Shown piece after piece: positions 56,830 through 64,000 of a stretch of DNA of 64,000 nucleotides. Under the pieces are notes generated by a model. It saw only the letters and a list, made by a program, of their open reading frames with translations, did no database searches and was not told the origin of the DNA. Location: positions 26,228-90,227 of the forward strand of contig CAVWIP010000005.1 of the NCBI GenBank assembly GCA_963755125.1. The letters are read 5' to 3'. Position 1 is the stretch's first letter; every line of letters starts with the position of its first letter. Source of the DNA: an uncultured delta proteobacterium (lineage in GTDB: Bacteria > Myxococcota_A > Polyangia > Fen-1088). The position numbers were made by a program, and so were the translations under genes.

Positions 56830-57272
56830 GTGCCCGCGAGAGGGATTGACAGGGTGATGGTTTTGCGATCCTATCTAACCTTCGCACGCCTGCTCGGATT
56901 CCTACAAGCGACCATCGGTGCGTGAGACTGGGACAGGGCCGCAGCGGCGGCGTTGGCCCGACGGCCGGTGCTCACGTTTCGTTCGCCGATGTCCGAGATG
57001 GACGGATTATCGCTGCGCGCCGCAAACGAACTCCGCTGTGTTTCGACGCCATCCGGCGGCACGGCCCGAAGCGAGCGCGCCTCGCACGTGGGCCTCACGT
57101 GATAGCAGGAGTCAAAGCCCCGCATGCTGCCTGGTGACCGGGCGAAAGAAACACCCCGTGCGGGCACCAATGCTAGCAACGAGCAGCCTTGGCGTTTCCC
57201 TGACGAAAGGCGAAGGTACAGAAGAGAGCGACGACTAGGCCGCCCAACACGACATCAAATCGAGGAGTTCCA

Positions 57273-58886
57273 GTGTCCCGAATTCATGCTGCGTTTCCAT
57301 GTCTTTGTTGGCTCGTCCTGTGTCACTGCAGCAACGACTCAGGCCCGGCCGTGAGCCACACCGATGGTTCCAACGCCAAAGCCGACGTTCCAACCGCACC
57401 GAGCGGGACGGCGAGCACCTCTACGCCGGGAAGCAGCGGGGCCTTGCCAAACGGAGGAATCAGGGGAGCGGGTGGTGGCGTGGGTGCTGGTGGCATTAGC
57501 TCGACTGGCGGGACCAATCCGGCTGGTGGGGCCGTCTCCAGTGGAGGTGCAGCAGGTGCTAGCGGATTGACCGAAGCTGGTGGCGTGACCTCAGCGGCGG
57601 GCGCCGCTTCGACCGGTGGCACGACCAGCATGGGTGGCACGACGGTAAACGGGGGAACCCGCTCCACGGGCGGCGCCACTGCCACAGGTGGCACGACTAC
57701 AAGTGGCGGGACCACGGTGACGGGCAGCAATGCCGCCACGGGTGGTACGACGGCGGCCGGCGAGAGCAAGGCGACGGGTGGTGCCACGGCGACCGGCGGC
57801 AACACCGCGGTAGGTGGAACGAATGCCACCAGCGGGAGCAAGGCGACGGGTGGTGGCACAGCGACCGGCGGCAACACCGCGGTAGGTGGAACGAATGCCA
57901 CCGGCGGGAGCAAGGCGACGGGTGGAAGCACAGGAGCGGGAGGATCGGGAACCACCACCTCGGGAATCACATGCACGCCCCAGACCTGGGACTCCGTTCC
58001 AATCGGGTGGGCGACGGTCTCCGGGGCCACCACAGGCGGCGGCGATGCCACGCCGACGATGGTCGCCAGTCTCAGTGCTTTGAACTCCGCGGCTGGGGGA
58101 AGCGGAGCGGCCGTGATTCACGTGTCCGGTAAGATCTCGGGCGTCGCCAAAGTGGGTTCGAACAAGACCATCTTGGGCCTGTGTGGGGCCGAGATCGATG
58201 GCAGCCTCGACCTGAGCGGGTCGTCGAACGTCATCGTGCGCAACTTGAAAGTTGTTGGCTACAACTGCTCGGACAGCCCAAGCGACTGCTCGGCTGGTAG
58301 CGACGCGGTTCACATACAAGGAGGCGACACGCACCTGTGGTTTGATCACATGGACATTTCCGACGGGTCAGACGGGAACATGGATATCACTCACGGGTGC
58401 GACTTCATCACCGTCTCCTGGACCAAGTTCCACTATTCAAGCCAGCGCACCGATCCGGCCAACAACTACGGCCACCGCTTCTCCAACTTGATCGGCCATT
58501 CGGATACGAACGGAGCGGAGGACGCCGGACACCTGAATGTCACGTTCGACCACGTGTGGTGGGCTGACAACGTTGCCGAGCGCATGCCGCGCGTACGTTT
58601 CGGCAAGGTGCATGTCTTCAACAGCCTCTACACGGCGACAGGTGACGCCGCGTGCATCGAGGTAGCTGTGAGCTGCAACATTCGCTCGGAGAATAACGTC
58701 TTCCAGGACGTTACCAACACGGTCGACAGTAGCCATGCGGATTCCGCCAGCATCATTCAGTCGATCGGGAATCAGGGCTCAAGCACCAGCATCAACCCTC
58801 CAGCCTTCACGCCGAGCTACAGCTATACACTGGAGGATGTGACCACCGTCGCAGCCACGGTTCAGGCGGGTGCCGGCCCGAAGTAG
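57273..58886 (+). CDS. Pectate lyase (PL1) with long Gly/Thr linker, probable lipoprotein
   Basis: GTG start with GAGGAG RBS; GWAT..TTGGG, SNKTILG, NVIVRNL, DAVHI, WFDH, DGNMDI, ITVSW, RMPRVR, VHVFN; lipobox atypical (LCHC). Confidence 0.92.
   Translation: MSRIHAAFPCLCWLVLCHCSNDSGPAVSHTDGSNAKADVPTAPSGTASTSTPGSSGALPNGGIRGAGGGVGAGGISSTGGTNPAGGAVSSGGAAGASGLTEAGGVTSAAGAASTGGTTSMGGTTVNGGTRSTGGATATGGTTTSGGTTVTGSNAATGGTTAAGESKATGGATATGGNTAVGGTNATSGSKATGGGTATGGNTAVGGTNATGGSKATGGSTGAGGSGTTTSGITCTPQTWDSVPIGWATVSGATTGGGDATPTMVASLSALNSAAGGSGAAVIHVSGKISGVAKVGSNKTILGLCGAEIDGSLDLSGSSNVIVRNLKVVGYNCSDSPSDCSAGSDAVHIQGGDTHLWFDHMDISDGSDGNMDITHGCDFITVSWTKFHYSSQRTDPANNYGHRFSNLIGHSDTNGAEDAGHLNVTFDHVWWADNVAERMPRVRFGKVHVFNSLYTATGDAACIEVAVSCNIRSENNVFQDVTNTVDSSHADSASIIQSIGNQGSSTSINPPAFTPSYSYTLEDVTTVAATVQAGAGPK
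57765..57925 (+). repeat. 72-bp tandem repeat (about 2.2 copies) in the pectate lyase linker
   Basis: Units start at 57765, 57837 and 57909 (AGCAAGGCGACGGGTGG...), encoding SKATGGxTATGGNTAVGGTNATxG. Confidence 0.9.
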
Positions 58887-58951
58887 GAGTTGGGCACGTC
58901 GCAACCGCGCTGTGGCCGCAACCCCCACCATCACCTCGGAGATCTTGAAGC

Positions 58952-60559
58952 ATGAAGAAGGACCGAAGGACGCCAGACGCAAGGAAGTTCCACGCTCTCA
59001 TCGCAGTCGTGTTCGCTCTGGGAGGGGGCTCCAGTCTTGCACGCGCAGACCAGCCTTCAAACAGCAACCAGACTGGAGAGCAAACGGCGACAGAGGCCAT
59101 CACGCCCGGGTCGGTCCCGACCGGGATATCTCCTGTTCCGTCCCCTACGCAGGGAGCGGCCGGCGTATCGGTTCAGACCGTTACCCCACCACCGCCGCCG
59201 CGCCCGGCGGTCGAGTCGCCAGATGTCGGGGCGGTGAATACCTCCTGGTTCGCACGACGTCCGCTCACCCTGGCCGCAGGCGAGGACGCCGGAAGGTGGG
59301 CTGTGACTTTCTACGGCTTCCTGGAAGCTGACCTCATCTTCGACACCACGCGGAGCTACAATGACGTCATCGGCAGCGCGCTGGTGGCCCGCAGCGATAC
59401 CTACGATGGACGCACGGGTCGCACGCAGTCATCGATACGGAACACGCGGCTGGGCTTCGCCTTCGAGTCCCCGCTCATTGGGCAAGTGAAGCCCTCGGCG
59501 GTGCTGGAAGCCGACTTTTTCGGCCATCAGAACGGCCCACCAGCCACGTCCGAAAGCACGTACTTCGACAGTCCAACCCTGCGGATTCGACAGGCATTCG
59601 TGAAGCTGGAGAATCCATACGTGAATGTGCTCATGGGGCAGACCTACGACGTGTTCGGCTGGCAGAACTACTTCTTCCCCTGTTCGGCCGAATTCCTCGG
59701 GCTTCCCAACCAGCTCTTCTCGCGCAACATGCAGTTGCGGGTCTCCCATGCCTTCAGTGCAAGTGGACCGATCAGCATCGATATGGCTGCCTCGGCGGTG
59801 CGCCCGGCCCAGCGTGACGCGGAGGTTCCGGACGCCAACGCCGGTGTCCGCTTCAGTCTCAACGGCTGGAAGGGGATCACCACGCCCGGGAACGTGGGGA
59901 CCGTCGCGTTGCCTCTGTCAGTGGGCGTCTCAGGTACCGTGCGGCAGTTCAAGGTGAATGCGTTCACCCCACCCCCAGTGCAGAACTCGAACAGCGCGAC
60001 GGGTTGGGGCCTGTCGGTGGACGCGCTCATCCCGGTGATTCCCGCTGCCAGCGCAGACGACCGCGGCAACCGCCTCACCCTTATCGGTTCCTTCGTCAAG
60101 GGCAGCGGAATCTCCGACCTCATCACCGCCGACGGCGGGGCACAGTTTCCAACCTTGCCCAATCCTGCCCAGGCCAACCCGCCTCCGCTTTACGACGCTA
60201 ACATCGACAATGGGCTGGTGTCCTTTGATTCGAGTGGCGTGCTTCACACCATTGATTGGCAAGCTTTCCGCGTCGGTCTTCAATACTACCTGCCGCCATC
60301 GGGACGGTTACTCTTCTCGGCCAACTACACCCAGGCTCACTCGGGAAATCTGGCCAAGTTGTACCCCAAGGGTGGCGCGGAGATCGAGTTACTGGTCAAT
60401 GTTGCGGACACATCACGCTACGCCGACGCGAACCTATTCTGGGACCTCACGCCCACTGTGCGAGTTGGCATCTCCGGGCAATACACCCAGGTCGTGTACC
60501 TTGACGGGGCCAGGCCGCACAACATCCGCGCGATGGCCCAGACCGTATACCAGTTCTGA
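58952..60559 (+). CDS. Outer-membrane beta-barrel porin, DcaP-like
   Basis: Signal peptide, Pro-rich N-region, FYGFLEADLIFD, NTRLGF, LEADFF, LRIRQAF, LMGQT, SRNMQLR, alternating beta-strands, C-terminal Phe (TVYQF). Confidence 0.75.
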   Translation: MKKDRRTPDARKFHALIAVVFALGGGSSLARADQPSNSNQTGEQTATEAITPGSVPTGISPVPSPTQGAAGVSVQTVTPPPPPRPAVESPDVGAVNTSWFARRPLTLAAGEDAGRWAVTFYGFLEADLIFDTTRSYNDVIGSALVARSDTYDGRTGRTQSSIRNTRLGFAFESPLIGQVKPSAVLEADFFGHQNGPPATSESTYFDSPTLRIRQAFVKLENPYVNVLMGQTYDVFGWQNYFFPCSAEFLGLPNQLFSRNMQLRVSHAFSASGPISIDMAASAVRPAQRDAEVPDANAGVRFSLNGWKGITTPGNVGTVALPLSVGVSGTVRQFKVNAFTPPPVQNSNSATGWGLSVDALIPVIPAASADDRGNRLTLIGSFVKGSGISDLITADGGAQFPTLPNPAQANPPPLYDANIDNGLVSFDSSGVLHTIDWQAFRVGLQYYLPPSGRLLFSANYTQAHSGNLAKLYPKGGAEIELLVNVADTSRYADANLFWDLTPTVRVGISGQYTQVVYLDGARPHNIRAMAQTVYQF

Positions 60560-60560
60560 G

Positions 60561-61418
60561 CTATTGGAAGTCGCAACAGTAGAGCGTCGCAGGGTAGCCC
60601 TGTGCGCTGACACCCGAAAAGCCGGGGTCCGGACAGTGCAGGGGCGGATAGTCCTCCTCCGGCGTGTCGGGACCATAGCAGGCGATGCCGAACCTTCCCG
60701 GCTGACATCCAGAAACCGCCAGGTCCTGCACGCAGGTGCCGCCGACGGGAACCAGCCCCGGAGTGTAGCAACAGAAGATATTGTAGTTGGGGTTAGTCGC
60801 CGGCGTCGGAATGGGACAGAGTTGGTAGTAAAGGTCGGCGCGACTCTGGTTGGCGCCAAGATCCTGTGAGGTCGGTATATTGCTAACCGGACAGAGCCAT
60901 CCCATCAGGGCCGCCGAGCACCCCACGCTGTCGGACTGAATGCAAGCCGCGGGTGGATTTGAGCCCGAGCAGCAGTACTTGAGCAAGTCACCATCCCAGA
61001 CGCCTTGATTGCAGAAAACGGTGGCGTTGAATGCCTCGGGGCGGGCGGCGCCCCGACATTGATAGCCATAGGTGTTCGTGTCGCAGATGGCGACCGGATC
61101 GTAAGCGCAAGATGTCACCTGGGCCGAGCAGCAATAGCCCTGCAGACCATTGCTCCCCATTGCTCCCTGGTTGGCGCACACGAGACCCTGGGGAACCCCA
61201 TCGGGGTAGGTCGGGTTCTCGTCTGGCCGGGCTGTGCCTGTGCAGGCATAGGCGACAAGACCTAGCGACTCCGCCGAGGCGTCGCCCGCGCCACAACTGA
61301 CGGTGGCCGGATTAGTGACACAGGCGCCATTGCCGGGAAGTTGGTTGTCCGAACACGCGCCCGTGCCGAGGCCACAAAGAACCGGCACGAGCACAGAATG
61401 GAGCGGGTGATTGCGCAT
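60561..61418 (-). CDS. Cys-rich lipoprotein built from four hexacysteine repeats ending [YF]CC
   Basis: Lipobox TGAC; 24 mature Cys arranged as four C-C-C-C-CC units. Confidence 0.8.
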   Translation of the reverse strand: MRNHPLHSVLVPVLCGLGTGACSDNQLPGNGACVTNPATVSCGAGDASAESLGLVAYACTGTARPDENPTYPDGVPQGLVCANQGAMGSNGLQGYCCSAQVTSCAYDPVAICDTNTYGYQCRGAARPEAFNATVFCNQGVWDGDLLKYCCSGSNPPAACIQSDSVGCSAALMGWLCPVSNIPTSQDLGANQSRADLYYQLCPIPTPATNPNYNIFCCYTPGLVPVGGTCVQDLAVSGCQPGRFGIACYGPDTPEEDYPPLHCPDPGFSGVSAQGYPATLYCCDFQ

Positions 61419-61430
61419 GGTTACATTGGC

Positions 61431-63092
61431 TCACTGAAGCCATCCCGGGGGCGCCTCTGGTGTGGGCAGTGTTGGGAAGACGCACGCCTGCGGCGTGCTC
61501 CCACTAGCCCTAATGTCCGTGACCGTGACGTCCTGGCCAGCGAATGTAAAGTTGACATTACCGGGACCGAGCGTGATGTCGGCAAACTCCGCCGCCACGT
61601 CCAGGGGACCTATGTTGTCTATGATGACGTTGTCCAGCGTGACGGGACCAACCGGGCGGGCTGCGTTGAAGCCCTCGATGGTCACCACCGGCCGCTGCAC
61701 GCCCATGCAGGTCACGTGATGGAGGTTCTGGAAGGTCAGCGTCCTGAAATCAGGATACGACGTTCCCGCAAATTGAGGATTGTATGCCGTGCTCACGAGG
61801 ATGGCGTTGGTCATATCGCGCATGCAGATGTTGTTATACGAGATGTTGTTAACCAGACCCCCCCGGCTCTCGTCGGACTTCACCCGGATGCCGTTGAAGT
61901 CCGAGGCGGTGGCGTCGGACCCGACCGCGCGCGAATCCGCATCGATGGTGAGGTCGTAGACTGTCACGTCTTCCACCCCTCGATGTTGTACGCCGTCGGG
62001 TGAGGTGTAGCTGCCGTAGGTTTCGCTGCCGATCGACATGCCATGACCGGTTCCGAAGTGGTTGTGCGCGATAATCAGGTTGGATACCCAGTGGCCACCC
62101 TTGATTGCAATGTGATCGTCTCCCGTGCTGATGGTGCTGCACGCGATGACCCCGCAGGTGGCGATACTGTTCTCTCCCGGGTCGATGCCGTCCGTGTTGC
62201 GGGCAAAGCTCGGCGTCAGCACGTCTCCCTGACTGTTGGTCCAGCGCGAAGGCGTGAGGATGGTGATGCCCCACACAATGAATCCCTCGCCCGGGCTGGA
62301 GCAGATCCCGTTCACCGGGGACGAGGTAATCTTGACGTGGAATTTCGGCGAATTGTGCAGGGTGATCCGGTAGAGCAGCAGTCCCGTGGTCCCGGTCGAT
62401 GTGTTGATCAAGGTTGGGTTGCCGATGCTGCCGTCGATCGCGCGCAAAGCATAGGACAACTGCCACCACGAGTAGTCCTTTCCGATGAGCGGCTCGCCCC
62501 CTTGCCCGTCGATGACCCCATCGCCCACGATGGCGGGATTGCTGCCACTCACGGTGATGAAGTCGGTGCAGGCGCCTGAATCGCTGATGCCGAGTAGGCC
62601 ACAATTCCCGGTCTTCTGATAGAGGTCGGGGTTGCGCGAGGCGTACAGGGTGGTCCCAGCCTCGATCCACAGCGCGACGCTGGTGAGCTGAAGATGTGCC
62701 GCGACGAAGGCGTTGTTGGAACCATCGCTCACAAGCTTGACGGCGCGGCCCGTGCATGCAGAGAGGGCGGCCTGGATTCGGGCCGTGTCCAGCGGGTTGT
62801 CCGGATCGTCTTCAGTGGGCGCCGACCTGGTCGCCACCAAAGTTTGGCAGACATCGGTCGGGAGCTGCGGTTCCGGTGGAAGATTGGGATCACCGACGCC
62901 GCAGGCCGGGTCGCCGGTCGAGTCGGCCGGGGAAGGTGAGGTGCCACAGACGTAGCCGATCGTGGGGATGTCGTCATTGGCCCCGCAGGCGGCCAGACCC
63001 AGTAGCGAGACTGCCGACACAAGGCCGGGCAGTCTCGCCTGTGACAAGCGCTGGCGATTGCGAACCGACAAGCCATTCCGTTGCTTGGTCAT
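61431..63092 (-). CDS. GH28 polygalacturonase, lipoprotein
   Basis: LAAC lipobox; GVIDGQG, NSPKFH, NTDGID, GDDHIAIK, GHGMSIG, GIRVKS, GGLVNNISY. Confidence 0.93.
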   Translation of the reverse strand: MTKQRNGLSVRNRQRLSQARLPGLVSAVSLLGLAACGANDDIPTIGYVCGTSPSPADSTGDPACGVGDPNLPPEPQLPTDVCQTLVATRSAPTEDDPDNPLDTARIQAALSACTGRAVKLVSDGSNNAFVAAHLQLTSVALWIEAGTTLYASRNPDLYQKTGNCGLLGISDSGACTDFITVSGSNPAIVGDGVIDGQGGEPLIGKDYSWWQLSYALRAIDGSIGNPTLINTSTGTTGLLLYRITLHNSPKFHVKITSSPVNGICSSPGEGFIVWGITILTPSRWTNSQGDVLTPSFARNTDGIDPGENSIATCGVIACSTISTGDDHIAIKGGHWVSNLIIAHNHFGTGHGMSIGSETYGSYTSPDGVQHRGVEDVTVYDLTIDADSRAVGSDATASDFNGIRVKSDESRGGLVNNISYNNICMRDMTNAILVSTAYNPQFAGTSYPDFRTLTFQNLHHVTCMGVQRPVVTIEGFNAARPVGPVTLDNVIIDNIGPLDVAAEFADITLGPGNVNFTFAGQDVTVTDIRASGSTPQACVFPTLPTPEAPPGWLQ

Positions 63093-63144
63093 CAAATACA
63101 GCTGGATCTAGCTTGTTGCAGATCGGAAATGAATACGATCTCAC

Positions 63145-63894
63145 TCAGCATCCCTGGCCACCGGGGCAGGGCCAGGCTGTCGTGCTGGCGCAGCTCCACT
63201 TGCCCGGCGTCCCAGCCGTTGTCACCGGGCAAACGCAGTAGCCAGCCTTGGAAGCGCCAGTCGAGTCGAGATAGTTGCCGCCGACATTGCAGAGCACACA
63301 GTCAGCGACCGAGCAGAACTGGCTCGCCTGCGGCACGGTAGCGGGGCAACTGGGATCGATGGCTGTCGGGATCTTGTAGCAGGAATAGTCGCCCGGCGGG
63401 AAACTGCACCCCGACTGTTCGGCGTAGGTTCCTGCTGTGCAAGTTTCCGACTTGAAGCCGATGCTCTTGGGTCCGCAAGTCTTGTAGCAAAGTTGGGGGT
63501 CTGTTGCGGTACAGACCCCACTCTTCGTGGGAGCGCTACCGGCGGCCGTGGTGAGCGCGGCGCACAAAGGGGTGAAGGACGCAGTTCCGGAAGCGCCTGC
63601 CGCGCCCGAGGTGCCACCGGTGGGCGTGCTGGCGATGGCGCCGGCAGCGGCGCTGGTGCCACCGGCCGGAGTAGTGGCGGTGGCGCCAGCAGCGGCGGTG
63701 GTGCCGCCGGCCGGGGTGGTGAAGGTGGCGCCAGCAGCGGCAGTGGTCCCAGCGGTGGGCATGGTGTTGCCAGCCGCGCCGGTCGTCCCGCCAGTATCGG
63801 TCGTACTGGGATTGTTGCTCCCGCATCCCTGGACGAGGAGCGTTTGCAATAGGAGCGCCATAGTTCCAATGTTCGTCACAGTTCGCATTGTCAT
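63145..63894 (-). CDS. Cys-rich lipoprotein with Gly/Thr/Ala repeat linker and a 16-Cys C-terminal domain
   Basis: From ATG 63894 (GAGGG RBS): VQGC lipobox, repeat linker, C-terminal domain ending WSCASTTAWPCPGGQGC. Confidence 0.8.
   Translation of the reverse strand: MTMRTVTNIGTMALLLQTLLVQGCGSNNPSTTDTGGTTGAAGNTMPTAGTTAAAGATFTTPAGGTTAAAGATATTPAGGTSAAAGAIASTPTGGTSGAAGASGTASFTPLCAALTTAAGSAPTKSGVCTATDPQLCYKTCGPKSIGFKSETCTAGTYAEQSGCSFPPGDYSCYKIPTAIDPSCPATVPQASQFCSVADCVLCNVGGNYLDSTGASKAGYCVCPVTTAGTPGKWSCASTTAWPCPGGQGC
63595..63759 (-). repeat. Imperfect 45-bp (15-aa) tandem repeat in the lipoprotein linker
   Basis: PTAGTTAAAGATFTT / PAGGTTAAAGATATT / PAGGTSAAAGAIAST / PTGGTSGAAG. Confidence 0.8.
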
Positions 63895-64000
63895 CGAATC
63901 CCTCACTTTGTTCTTTGGGTTATCCCCTTGCCTGACTTCGGTCTTCGGTTCTCGATCCTTGGTGTTGTCGCGCACTAGTTGATCCGCGTAGGAGGTGGTG

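Noticed and set aside
56830..57270. Possible transposase remnant or riboswitch upstream of the pectate lyase
   Set aside because: The three + frames and the track ORFs give no recognisable transposase motif, no terminal inverted repeats were seen, and no riboswitch consensus was recognisable by eye; an Rfam/ISfinder search would be needed.
57765..57925. 72-bp repeats as a CRISPR array
   Set aside because: Contiguous in-frame coding repeats without unique spacers, and no cas genes.
63975..64000. Possible 3' end of an upstream minus-strand gene (...PPPTRIN*)
   Set aside because: Only 26 nt are visible, too little to support a feature.

Overview
High-GC (roughly two-thirds G+C by eye) bacterial chromosome segment. 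The gene content (mevalonate operon, PEGA/TPR and FG-GAP proteins, AgmX/PglI-like and MXAN_5187-like domains, DUF6178-like protein, Cys-rich lipoproteins) points to Myxococcota (Polyangia-like); this assignment is an inference. Positions 1-55 kb are mostly core genes: GH3 beta-glucosidase, trpBA, hemE-hemH, an overlapping fni-mvk-mvaD-pmk-mvaA-hpnC-MFS operon, rarA, prkA-like, mlaC-like, a Gld-like ABC module, gap, queG, folD, a Clp-family ATPase, nadD and namZ. Three putative c-di-GMP receptors (one MshEN, two PilZ) are interspersed. From about 55.1 kb the sequence is less GC-rich. It holds a frameshifted Cys-rich pseudogene and then a putative pectin-utilisation locus lacking SusC/SusD in this window: a PL1 pectate lyase on a long Gly/Thr tether, a DcaP-like porin, a lipoprotein made of four 6-Cys (C-C-C-C-CC) repeats, a GH28 polygalacturonase lipoprotein and a 16-Cys lipoprotein. 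The other leading novelty candidates are a beta-propeller fused to a TolC-like beta-hairpin/helix module coupled to a PilZ gene, a Clp ATPase with a degenerate first ring, and a tandem Cys4 protein divergent from trpB. No rRNA, tRNA, CRISPR array, integrase or intact transposase was seen. All family calls come from motif recognition by eye, with no database searches; several start codons were re-chosen relative to the ORF track.
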